A DNA stretch of 64,000 nt from a virus: positions 1 through 64,000 of the IMG/VR virus record IMGVR_UViG_3300025853_000058; one strand, given 5' to 3'. The translations under genes were made by a program, and so were the position numbers. The notes beneath the pieces are model-generated. The model was not told the DNA's origin, searched no databases, and worked only from the letters and a program-made list of their open reading frames with translations. This document shows, in pieces, positions 30,359 through 39,104 of the stretch (position 1 is the stretch's first letter; each line of letters begins with the position of its first letter).

Positions 30359-30681
30359 TCTTCTTCCTCCTTATTTTGATTTAGTGCTTGCTTCACAAGA
30401 GCCACATTTGTTCTTTCCTGTTCCATGAACAAATTTATGACATTCATAAATTTAATTGAACAACTCTCAATGTGATGCTTTTGAACTCTACAACCCTTGC
30501 CTGTGTTTGTTTCGTAAAGCATTTGTTCTTCAACATACTGAGCAAATAAATCTACAATAGCACTTGCCTTTGAAGCAAATCTAGGAACAGCACCGTTTCC
30601 ATATTGCCTATTTTGATTTGCCTTGCGAACACTTTTTCTTGCCTGTGATTCTGCTATTCTTTTTTCTTGAAATTCACTCAT
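30355..30681 (-). CDS. Hypothetical protein, possible divergent histone fold
   Basis: ARKSVRKA..YGNGAVPRFASKASAIVDLFAQYV..RVQKHHI helix spacing. Confidence 0.4.
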   Translation of the reverse strand: MSEFQEKRIAESQARKSVRKANQNRQYGNGAVPRFASKASAIVDLFAQYVEEQMLYETNTGKGCRVQKHHIESCSIKFMNVINLFMEQERTNVALVKQALNQNKEEEE

Positions 30682-30877
30682 CTAAAACCCTCTTTAGTAC
30701 ACTTAATAGTTTCTTTGCTTCTTCCATATTCAAACGAATACCTTTCCTTGTTGGCTTGTTGTTAGAGTGCCAACGAATATCCAAGACTTTGATATTGTAA
30801 TACTCTCCTGTTTTAACAAGAATCTCATCTGTTGAGTTTCTTGCTATTGTTCCTTTGGTTTCAAAATCATCACTCAT
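30674..30877 (-). CDS. PC4-like ssDNA-binding protein
   Basis: LDIRW...PTRKGIRL motif. Confidence 0.75.
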   Translation of the reverse strand: MSDDFETKGTIARNSTDEILVKTGEYYNIKVLDIRWHSNNKPTRKGIRLNMEEAKKLLSVLKRVLDE

Positions 30878-31295
30878 TAAACCACCCCTGTTTGAATTTA
30901 TCTAATTCCTTTCTTGAAGTAAAGTATCTTGGTGTATCTAAATCATCAAGTCTATTAACAATCCAACAAGCACCACCTAAAGAAGATACTTGAACTACCT
31001 CATATTGCCCATCATTTACATTAATTACTTCAATAGTATTCATTTCTGGAACTAAACCATAAGTCTTTGTGATTTCACTTGCTACTTCATGGATATTATC
31101 AACAACATACTTAATGATGTGCGCTCGCTGAATAGGAATCTTAGGAGCAACCTTGATTGATAACTTACCTTTCATTCCACAAACCTTACATTTGTTTCCT
31201 TCACAAATAGGACAAGGTATTTCAGCATTATGAGGTGCTGGTAATGTCACTGTCACTGCTCTCTTTTTCATATTATTCCTCCAAAAGAACAGCAA
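30870..31295 (-). CDS. DnaJ-type zinc finger protein
   Basis: CPICEG..CKVCG.KG; adjacent to groEL. Confidence 0.5.
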   Translation of the reverse strand: MLFFWRNNMKKRAVTVTLPAPHNAEIPCPICEGNKCKVCGMKGKLSIKVAPKIPIQRAHIIKYVVDNIHEVASEITKTYGLVPEMNTIEVINVNDGQYEVVQVSSLGGACWIVNRLDDLDTPRYFTSRKELDKFKQGWFNE

Positions 31296-32784
31296 CTTCA
31301 GTAGTTAAGAACAATGAAGCAATTGAAATAGCCGCATTAAAACTTCCCTTAGTCACCTTTACAGGGTCAATAACTCCCGCTTCAAACAAATCTTCATACT
31401 TTTCAGTAAGAGCATTATAACCATAGTGCGGGTTTCCATTTTGGAATACAGGAAAAGGTACATCACCATGACCACCATTTTGCAGTAAAACTTCGGCAGG
31501 TTCAGACAGTGCATCATAAACAATCTTATGTCCGGTCTTTTCAATTGCTAGGTTCTTTCTAGCATTTAGCAAACCATATCCACCACCAACAATAATGCCT
31601 TCAGCAAGTGCGGCCTTAGTTGCATTTAGAGCATCATCCAACCGTTCTTTCTTTTCACGCATTTCAAGAGATGAAGATGCACCAATTTGAATTGTAGCGA
31701 TACCTCCACTCAATCGAGAGATTCGCTTCTTCAAACGCTTCTTATCAAAATCATCATCAATTGTATCGAATACTGACTTAAGAGTATTGATTCTCTCATC
31801 AGCAGAATTACCTCCAATAATAGTAGTGGATTCTTTTGTAATGATAATCTTCTCACAACTACCAAGTTCATCAAGAGTCACCAATTCGGGGTCGTCTTTG
31901 CTTTCATCAGTATAAAGTCTACCACCAACAATAGAAACAATGTCACCAAGTTCATCTAATTGAGCATCACCAAAATTAGGTGCGGTGACAACAGCAACTT
32001 CAATTGTCTTTTGTAGAATATTCATAATGATATTGTTTAATGCTGTACCATCCATTCCTTTAACGAATAGAACAATTGGTCGCTTTTCTACTGCGGCCAT
32101 TTCCAACATTGGCAATACTTCTGAAAAATTCTTCATAGCCAAATTAGAAGTAAAGATAAGAGGGTTAGTGAATGTTGTTTTACCATCTTCACCATTAGCC
32201 ATTAAATGACTTAAGTACCCTTCATCAATCTCCAAACCTTTACGAATAACCATACTCGTTCTATGGCTATTTGATTCTTCAACAGTAATAATTCCATCAC
32301 GCCCGACTCCTTCCAAAGCAGTGCTAATTAGACCACCAAGATATGCGTCATTGTTTGCGGCAATAGTAGCGACATTCATAATATCAGCATCACCAATATC
32401 ACAAGCCATCATTTCAAGGTGTTCAATAACAATGTTCTGTGCTTCTTTCAATTCCCTAGAAAGAGTATGAAGGTTCGCAACATCAGCATTATTGATTTGT
32501 TCACACAATGCTCTCGCAATAACACAAGCAGTTGTTGTTCCATCACCGGAATTGTCTTGTGCTTTATTTGCCAAGTTTTGAACCATTTGAACACCCATTT
32601 GAACATAAGGGTCTTCATGTGAAACATACTTCGTAATAGTCACACCATCGTTAATAATGACAGGCGGACTACCTTGAAGAATTACTGTCTTTGCTTGTGG
32701 CCCAAGTGTAGGTAATACTGTATCAGCAACCAAATTAATTCCTTGTAGTAGTTTTTCTTTAACTTTTTCTCCATGTATAATCAT
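31273..32784 (-). CDS. groEL: Group I chaperonin GroEL (Cpn60)
   Basis: TLGP, NDGVTI, GDGTTT, APNFGD, GIIVGGG and GVIDPVKV motifs; no C-terminal GGM tail. Confidence 0.93.
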   Translation of the reverse strand: MIIHGEKVKEKLLQGINLVADTVLPTLGPQAKTVILQGSPPVIINDGVTITKYVSHEDPYVQMGVQMVQNLANKAQDNSGDGTTTACVIARALCEQINNADVANLHTLSRELKEAQNIVIEHLEMMACDIGDADIMNVATIAANNDAYLGGLISTALEGVGRDGIITVEESNSHRTSMVIRKGLEIDEGYLSHLMANGEDGKTTFTNPLIFTSNLAMKNFSEVLPMLEMAAVEKRPIVLFVKGMDGTALNNIIMNILQKTIEVAVVTAPNFGDAQLDELGDIVSIVGGRLYTDESKDDPELVTLDELGSCEKIIITKESTTIIGGNSADERINTLKSVFDTIDDDFDKKRLKKRISRLSGGIATIQIGASSSLEMREKKERLDDALNATKAALAEGIIVGGGYGLLNARKNLAIEKTGHKIVYDALSEPAEVLLQNGGHGDVPFPVFQNGNPHYGYNALTEKYEDLFEAGVIDPVKVTKGSFNAAISIASLFLTTEVAVLLEE

Positions 32785-32797
32785 ATCTTATTCCTCC

Positions 32798-33130
32798 TTA
32801 AAACGATTTGCCATGCATATATTCACGGCTTTGATTGTATTCAATCTTAGCGAGAATCGCACCCGCTATATCCAAATCCATACCAAACGAATAATCCATA
32901 ATACGAATTACAGCGTCGGCTAATTCTTCTTCAAGAGAAGAAAACTCAATAATCTTACTTGATGAAGGGTTTCCATCTCTAAGAGCCTCAAGTGCTTCAC
33001 TAATTTCAGCATGGATTAAAGCCATGCGTTCACCATCATTAGGTTCTTCTTTCCAAAAACCATGATTAACGGCATTCATATAGACTTTCTTTGATACACT
33101 ATTCCAATGTCTTTCAAAATGACTCATCAT
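32798..33130 (-). CDS. MazG-like NTP pyrophosphatase
   Basis: EISEALE...EELAD motif. Confidence 0.8.
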   Translation of the reverse strand: MMSHFERHWNSVSKKVYMNAVNHGFWKEEPNDGERMALIHAEISEALEALRDGNPSSSKIIEFSSLEEELADAVIRIMDYSFGMDLDIAGAILAKIEYNQSREYMHGKSF

Positions 33131-33363
33131 TCATCACCTTCATAGGCATAAATCTTAGTAAAGGGTACAACAGTTAAAGAACCAATCATTTGATACTTAG
33201 TTCCTGTATTATCAAAATACACTGTTTTACCTACCAAGTATTCGTATTCCTTGCTAGTGCTTAGACACTTACCTTTATTATCGGCTTTGCTAATAATACC
33301 ACTACTTCGACTTGTTTGTTCTGTTTCAACAAGAATCCAATCTCCGCAACCTCTTAAAATCAT
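33127..33363 (-). CDS. groES: GroES-like co-chaperonin
   Basis: LRGCGDWILVE...GII...VGKTVYF...IYA pattern, 78 aa, near groEL. Confidence 0.6.
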   Translation of the reverse strand: MILRGCGDWILVETEQTSRSSGIISKADNKGKCLSTSKEYEYLVGKTVYFDNTGTKYQMIGSLTVVPFTKIYAYEGDE

Positions 33364-33645
33364 TCAATCCATCCCCCGTCGTTGAGGCCAAGAAGATGCT
33401 AAGTTTGTTTCAGCGATTACTCGAAGCGATGCAAATAACTTTTTACGCTTATCTTCTGCTTTCTCAGAATTATCTGACAAAGTGCTTTCTAATTCATCTA
33501 CAATCCTATGGATAATTGTCGCAGTTTCTTCATCTATATCATCATAGCCATTTTCTTCTACGGTATTAATCCAATTAAATAATTGTGCAATTCTTTCTTC
33601 CCAATTAATCATTCTTCTTCCTCCTTTCCAGCAATTCGAACCCAA
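33364..33645 (-). CDS. Hypothetical protein (probable start MINWEE)
   Basis: ATGA-coupled ORF. Confidence 0.45.
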   Translation of the reverse strand: MGSNCWKGGRRMINWEERIAQLFNWINTVEENGYDDIDEETATIIHRIVDELESTLSDNSEKAEDKRKKLFASLRVIAETNLASSWPQRRGMD

Positions 33646-33881
33646 GCCTTATTCATGTCTTTATCAACAAATGTATAAACATGGGTCTTATAGAACTTTT
33701 TGAGTTCTGCTGTCCTTTTGCCAGCCTTTCCCCAAGTCACCCCACGCTCGGTTTTGGGAACATTGGAATCTGAGGGATGCCGACTCGAATGTTTTTCTGC
33801 CCTTTCAGTTAAGGTAATAAATTCATATTCCTGCATTGGCCTATCTTGATTTTTGTACATTGTGCTAATTCCTTCTTTCAT
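33609..33881 (-). CDS. Hypothetical protein
   Basis: ATGA-coupled to the JAB gene. Confidence 0.5.
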   Translation of the reverse strand: MKEGISTMYKNQDRPMQEYEFITLTERAEKHSSRHPSDSNVPKTERGVTWGKAGKRTAELKKFYKTHVYTFVDKDMNKAWVRIAGKEEEE

Positions 33882-34414
33882 TCTTCTTCACTTCCATTCT
33901 TGTATTGTGTTGTGTATAATCCATTTTTATGAATACATAATTCATTTGGGGTGGATTGTTCCCAATGTCCGAAATGTTCGGGACCACCTAAAACATAGGC
34001 ACTTTCCATCAATGGTTCCCAAATAGAAACAGTTCTCCAATCAGTACCACTGAAATATGCGGCTCCAAAAGGATGAGTATGAATCCAGCACTTTACAGGT
34101 AGTTTCATACCAACAGGGTCAATCTTAAAATCAACAAAACCTGCTGTTCCGTAAGAGATATGTAGTTTATCTCCACCATCAACAACTACTTGAACTTCAA
34201 GCCCATTTAGAATAACAGTTGATGCTTTCCAAATAGAAAGGTGAAAGAACTCATTCGTAAAGTCCTTGTCTGCTCTAATGTATTCTTCCATAATAGAAGA
34301 TTCAATAGCATCTTGAAAGAATGCTCGTTCTTCCACCATATCCTCAAATGCTTGAATACTTTGCTTATCCATCTCTTCCAAATAATCAGGGTCATAACTA
34401 CTCATTTTAAACAC
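33878..34414 (-). CDS. JAB/MPN+ (JAMM) metalloprotease
   Basis: Upstream Glu (GLEVQV) and HTHPFGAAYFSGTD, an exact HxH-x7-S-x2-D motif. Confidence 0.85.
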   Translation of the reverse strand: MFKMSSYDPDYLEEMDKQSIQAFEDMVEERAFFQDAIESSIMEEYIRADKDFTNEFFHLSIWKASTVILNGLEVQVVVDGGDKLHISYGTAGFVDFKIDPVGMKLPVKCWIHTHPFGAAYFSGTDWRTVSIWEPLMESAYVLGGPEHFGHWEQSTPNELCIHKNGLYTTQYKNGSEEE

Positions 34415-35546
34415 CTCGCAACTTGTTCAACTTCTTCTCCAACTTGGCCGCCTTCTTAGCCTTTCGTGCTATTCTACGACGCTTCCAACGGCTCATATTG
34501 GTATTCTTAGCCTCTTCCTTCTTTCGCTTTGAAATGACTTTAGCGGCCTTCTTAAGCATAGCAATATGTTCAGGTTGTTCACTATCAACAATCATTTCTA
34601 ACCTTTGAGCAAGTGAAGCATAACTTCGACCAAATTGATTTCTTGCTTCATCAATTGACAATTCATAGAAATTACACAAGAGTTCAAATTCCTCTTCATT
34701 TTTCCAATGCTTTTGGCTTCTTTCGTGCTTTCGTTCTGGAAGTGCTTCCAATACTTCATTTACTTCCCTAAACATTTTCTTCTCAGCGTTTGAAAGATGG
34801 CGAGTGGTTGGATTACCATGCTTTTCAACAAAGACTTCAATCTTTTCAGGTAGTGTTTCCGCCTTTGGCCTAATCTCATTTTTCTTAACTAGAATATCCT
34901 TAATCATTTGACGCTTAAAAGAAATATACTTTGAAGTTTGTCCACCTTTCTTAAGTTTAGACCATCGAGCAGAAATCGAAAACTTAGTCCTGTTATCGAA
35001 TGAATCAACGAGTTCTTCGCAAACAGACTTTTTCATTCCGTTTGTGATTTCACAATCATACATTTTTTGAAGCAAAATTTTGTCTTCTGCGGCACTCCAT
35101 CTTTTTTGATTTCTTGGTGTGTGTTTACTAACAACCTTTACAGTAGATTTTTTCGTTTGTTGGTTTTCACCAACAAGTTCGGAAATTGCGTTTCGCAGGA
35201 ATGATTTACTCAACTGTCCTTTAAGTGAACTAGAGTACAATGTGTTAGTAATAGTATTAATATCCTTCTTGGTAGTATTATCGTCAGTTGTTAGGTTGGC
35301 GTAGTATCTACACTGTTTCTTTGTTGCTGGCTCATAATTTTCTGGTATTTTCATTTCTTCTTCCTCCTTATTTTGATTTTGTTTTTCGACGAACCATACT
35401 ATTTTATTACGGATATTCGCCCCTGTTTTCTTAACAGAATATGTTTGTTCTAACCTCCTTGCAATAGCGTTCCAAGTTAATCCTTCTTCTCTTAATTTTA
35501 AAACAAATTCAATTTGTTCGTCTGTCCATTTATTATATTTATTCAT
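34407..35546 (-). CDS. Multi-domain Myb/HTH repeat protein
   Basis: Repeated KWTDEQ, RWSAAED and HWKNEEE...GRSYASL Myb-like motifs. Confidence 0.6.
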   Translation of the reverse strand: MNKYNKWTDEQIEFVLKLREEGLTWNAIARRLEQTYSVKKTGANIRNKIVWFVEKQNQNKEEEEMKIPENYEPATKKQCRYYANLTTDDNTTKKDINTITNTLYSSSLKGQLSKSFLRNAISELVGENQQTKKSTVKVVSKHTPRNQKRWSAAEDKILLQKMYDCEITNGMKKSVCEELVDSFDNRTKFSISARWSKLKKGGQTSKYISFKRQMIKDILVKKNEIRPKAETLPEKIEVFVEKHGNPTTRHLSNAEKKMFREVNEVLEALPERKHERSQKHWKNEEEFELLCNFYELSIDEARNQFGRSYASLAQRLEMIVDSEQPEHIAMLKKAAKVISKRKKEEAKNTNMSRWKRRRIARKAKKAAKLEKKLNKLRGV

Positions 35547-36100
35547 ACATTCACAACCTTATATTGGCATACTTCTTCTTGATTCATATATCTTTGAATC
35601 CATTGTGCGCCCATTCCTGCAATAACAATTTGCATAAAATGAACGGCTTTGTTTGTTCCATCCCAAGAATCTCCTTGACAACTAAATGACCCATCTTTAC
35701 CTGCTAAAAGCGTATCGTACATTTTGGGGTCGGCTTGATAACTAACAAGGGCGGCGTTCCTACCTTGCGCCCGTAAGTCTAACCACTTAATACTTGTGTT
35801 GTAAAGGGTTCGTCTAACCGACAAATTATCCACACAACAGATAACCAAGTCATAACCAGACATTTGCTTTTCAGTCAGTATTGGGAACTTTGAGTAGTGG
35901 TTCACTGATTCATATTCATTCATCATAACACTAGCCTTATTCTGCCCAACATGACCTCTCTTAAAGTTTTGATATGTTAAGTTCTTTGTTTCTACAATAT
36001 CGGGGTCTGCAACAGTAATGTTGTATAGTCCGACTTTATCTAAGTATTGAGTCAAGAATGACCCAATGCCGCCTGTTCCAATTATTAGTATTTTTCTCAT
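35543..36100 (-). CDS. E1/ThiF-family adenylating enzyme
   Basis: GTGGIG, DPDIVETKNL.YQ, NKA, CCVDN..R motifs and downstream Cys in FSCQ. Confidence 0.9.
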   Translation of the reverse strand: MRKILIIGTGGIGSFLTQYLDKVGLYNITVADPDIVETKNLTYQNFKRGHVGQNKASVMMNEYESVNHYSKFPILTEKQMSGYDLVICCVDNLSVRRTLYNTSIKWLDLRAQGRNAALVSYQADPKMYDTLLAGKDGSFSCQGDSWDGTNKAVHFMQIVIAGMGAQWIQRYMNQEEVCQYKVVNV

Positions 36101-36102
36101 AT

Positions 36103-36594
36103 TTATTCCTCCTTATATTTCATTCTTTGTTCTCTCATTTTTTTGTCGTAGTTTTCTTCCCACTTCAAATAGTCCTCTTCCCACAATATGTGCATATGCC
36201 AATCAGCAGAATGTTCTTTCAAACCTTTCCAATCAACTTCCATTGAACAATATTCACAATTTTTATCATCACATAGTTCGCCGCTTCTTTCTTCTGTGTC
36301 AAAACAAAGATAAGAGTCATATTTGAAATAGTATTCAACATGATACCCCTGCTCTCTCCTTTCTTTTACCCACTTACTTTCAGGAGTAAGAGGCAAAACA
36401 TCATATTCAGCAACTATGTGAATTTCACAAACAGGACAATCCCATTCAGTTTCTGCCAAATGCCATTCTTCAATAGGCATAGTGTGGGTTCTTAGAAGAA
36501 CTTCTGCCTTTTCACGACAATATGGGCAATCACTTTGTAGGTTTTTCATAGTCTCAACTATGTTGTTTTCCCTTTCAATCTCAAATTCATTCAT
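36103..36594 (-). CDS. Cys-rich zinc-finger protein
   Basis: CPYC, CPVC and C..CEYC motifs. Confidence 0.55.
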   Translation of the reverse strand: MNEFEIERENNIVETMKNLQSDCPYCREKAEVLLRTHTMPIEEWHLAETEWDCPVCEIHIVAEYDVLPLTPESKWVKERREQGYHVEYYFKYDSYLCFDTEERSGELCDDKNCEYCSMEVDWKGLKEHSADWHMHILWEEDYLKWEENYDKKMREQRMKYKEE

Positions 36595-37453
36595 TCTTAT
36601 TCTCTCCTAATTCACTAAATTGTTTGCCTTTTACTTGGGCACAAGTTGAAAGACCTATTAATCCTAAAAGGTCTTTCGTTTGTTGTTGTATTGCTGACCT
36701 TGAAACTTCTGTCTTTTCAGAAATAATAGTCAGTGTTATTTTTGGATAAACAAAGATATTCTTTGAAATCCAACAAATGCTTTCATAGTAAGCATTTCTT
36801 TTATTATATTCTCGCTTTATAACAATAGACTCAAAGAACTCTAAAGTTTCCAGACATTGTGAAACGAATACTAAATCGCTACTTATTTGATTAGCCGATT
36901 TCTTTAGAAGAAACATAGGGTCTGGTTGCATATGCTTGGCATTACCACCATAATGTTTCTTGATTCTTCTAATCAATCGGTTTATGCTTTTTCCGCCACA
37001 GTTAAATTCTTCACACGCCGCTTTCAACTTAACAGGTGTTCTATTCTCAAATAAAACAAACCAAGCCACAGCAGTTCCTCTTACTTCCAAAGAAGCAGAA
37101 GAAAAGATATTCTTAGCGTGTAATTCACGATACAGAATACCGGCTCTATCTCTTAGAGATGTTTCAGTCACACCTAAAGAAGAAAGAACTATTTGTGAAA
37201 ATACAACACCTTTTCTTAGGTGTCCATCCTTTGATACAAAACGGTTTTGAGTATTTGCTAACTTGCTATATCCTTTAATGTTGCTTCCTAAGATACCTTT
37301 GTCTGGTGAGCGTGTCACTTCTTCATTGGTTTGTATTCTTACAGACTGTTCAAACAACTCGGTTGCTACTATCAGCCCACAGTATTGACAGGCAGTTTCG
37401 CCTATAATTTCATCATACTCAAAATCATTCCCTTTGCATTCTACACATCTCAT
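36587..37453 (-). CDS. tfb: Transcription initiation factor B (TFB/TFIIB-like)
   Basis: N-terminal CVEC...GETACQYCGLI zinc ribbon followed by two cyclin-like helical repeats. Confidence 0.75.
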   Translation of the reverse strand: MRCVECKGNDFEYDEIIGETACQYCGLIVATELFEQSVRIQTNEEVTRSPDKGILGSNIKGYSKLANTQNRFVSKDGHLRKGVVFSQIVLSSLGVTETSLRDRAGILYRELHAKNIFSSASLEVRGTAVAWFVLFENRTPVKLKAACEEFNCGGKSINRLIRRIKKHYGGNAKHMQPDPMFLLKKSANQISSDLVFVSQCLETLEFFESIVIKREYNKRNAYYESICWISKNIFVYPKITLTIISEKTEVSRSAIQQQTKDLLGLIGLSTCAQVKGKQFSELGENKNE

Positions 37454-38588
37454 TAAAATCCTTCCTATTTTTATTTGGTTCCGATACTATGTATCGCTTA
37501 ATTGTATTTACAATCTGTATTGTCATATTGTCATTTAATAGAGCCATCGCTCTTGCGGCAAATTGGTCGCCAAGAGATGAACCCCTTGACATATTATCAA
37601 TACATATTGGTCCCTTCCAAACCCACTTACATAAGTCTATGGGTATTGGTTGGTTGCCTTCATCTAATTCCATTTTAGGTTGCGAAACAAAAGTTGAAAC
37701 CTTTTGTATATCGCTTTTAAATTGGTTGTCTGAAATAAGCCAATCATAATGATTACCTTTAATATACAAAGCAGTAGGGTTTTTACCGTCTTCCATAATC
37801 AATTTTAGCCTTTCGCTGTATTGTTCTGCCATTTCAGTTAGAAGTTGAACGGCTCTTTCTTCAACAATATCTTGCTGTCTGTTTTGCTTAAGAAATTCCC
37901 TCATCAAATGAAGTTCATTTTCAGTAGGTTCCCTACCAATAACGAAAGTATAAAGTTTCTTTATACCGAAATAGGCAAATTTTGATTTTTTCCTACCATC
38001 AATAAAGAACTTGCACATATTATCCAAATCTCGATTTTTGATAGTACCCCAAACACCATCGGATATTTCAATCGCACATTCTTTATCCGAAATTTGTTGA
38101 ACTGCTAACCTAACCTCAATCTTTTTGAAGTCACTAAAGAAGTGATAAGGCATTCTGTTTTCAAGACAATACTTAGTACGCTCGCTCAAAGATAGAACAG
38201 TCATTAAAGACTTCATTAATTTAACACTATCTGTTTCTCTAATAGCAGAAAAGGTCACTCTTGCTAAAGCATTTGTGATAGTGCTTAGTGCTTCACCTTT
38301 ACCGTTCAAATAATATCTATTTCCTTTCAATTCTAAAGCCACAGGCAACGAACCAATGTATATTAGAAATGGCCCTTTTGACCAACGAACATTATTCCTT
38401 TGGTCTTTTCTAGATAATATCTTTCTCCACCAACCAACTAGTCCTGAATGAACAGGGTCTTTATCGTTTCTGTTATATGTGACAAACTGTTCTTTTGAGT
38501 ACCAATGTATATTTTCGGAGGAAATTTCAACAGGGTTAAAATAATCTCTACTATCATCGGGTTTTTTAATTTTTAATTTTATTGTCAT
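37425..38588 (-). CDS. Hypothetical protein (387 aa) with C-terminal GPICID motif
   Basis: Long ORF coupled to tfb; function unresolved. Confidence 0.6.
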   Translation of the reverse strand: MTIKLKIKKPDDSRDYFNPVEISSENIHWYSKEQFVTYNRNDKDPVHSGLVGWWRKILSRKDQRNNVRWSKGPFLIYIGSLPVALELKGNRYYLNGKGEALSTITNALARVTFSAIRETDSVKLMKSLMTVLSLSERTKYCLENRMPYHFFSDFKKIEVRLAVQQISDKECAIEISDGVWGTIKNRDLDNMCKFFIDGRKKSKFAYFGIKKLYTFVIGREPTENELHLMREFLKQNRQQDIVEERAVQLLTEMAEQYSERLKLIMEDGKNPTALYIKGNHYDWLISDNQFKSDIQKVSTFVSQPKMELDEGNQPIPIDLCKWVWKGPICIDNMSRGSSLGDQFAARAMALLNDNMTIQIVNTIKRYIVSEPNKNRKDFNEMCRMQRE

Positions 38589-38592
38589 GTAA

Positions 38593-38763
38593 TCACATCA
38601 TATATATATTGTCAATTTTATTATTACTCGCACATTCTATGTGCATTTCTTTTTTAATTTCTTCTGGTAATAACAACTGCCCACCACAAATGCGGCAAGA
38701 GGTCGCTATTCTTTTTTTGTAGGCTCTATGGCTTGTGGTGTATTTAGGGTCTTTTTCTTTCAT
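38593..38763 (-). CDS. Small zinc-finger protein (56 aa, not in ORF track)
   Basis: MKEKDPKY...CRICGGQ...HIEC; ATGA-coupled. Confidence 0.5.
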   Translation of the reverse strand: MKEKDPKYTTSHRAYKKRIATSCRICGGQLLLPEEIKKEMHIECASNNKIDNIYMM

Positions 38764-39095
38764 CTATTCCACCTGTAATTTCCTTTACACAATTTGCATT
38801 CGTGTCCACATTCGCCTTCATTTGAGGAATGATACATAATAGCATGGTGTCTTACCAAGAGGTTATCATTTAACCATGTGTCAAATCCAATTTTTACAGC
38901 ATCTTCAAATTCCCAAAGAGCCGTATATAGGGTTTGTCTTAGTCTAAATTTTCTATCATCCTCATCATCTAGTTCATCACATACTTCTAATGCTAGCAGA
39001 AGTTTAATTCGTGAAACATGGGAAAAGTCATCCATTACAGTTAGCAGGCTATTTTTTTGATGGGTGTATGGAAGTTTAATCCATCTTTCTTCCAT
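38760..39095 (-). CDS. Hypothetical protein
   Basis: ORF downstream of RNR. Confidence 0.5.
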   Translation of the reverse strand: MEERWIKLPYTHQKNSLLTVMDDFSHVSRIKLLLALEVCDELDDEDDRKFRLRQTLYTALWEFEDAVKIGFDTWLNDNLLVRHHAIMYHSSNEGECGHECKLCKGNYRWNR

Positions 39096-39104
39096 AAGCC
39101 CACC

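Noticed and set aside
35543-36100. Thiamine or molybdopterin biosynthesis auxiliary gene
   Set aside because: No thiG, moaE or rhodanese genes recognised, and linkage to JAB favours conjugation; a sulfur relay using host partners is not fully excluded.
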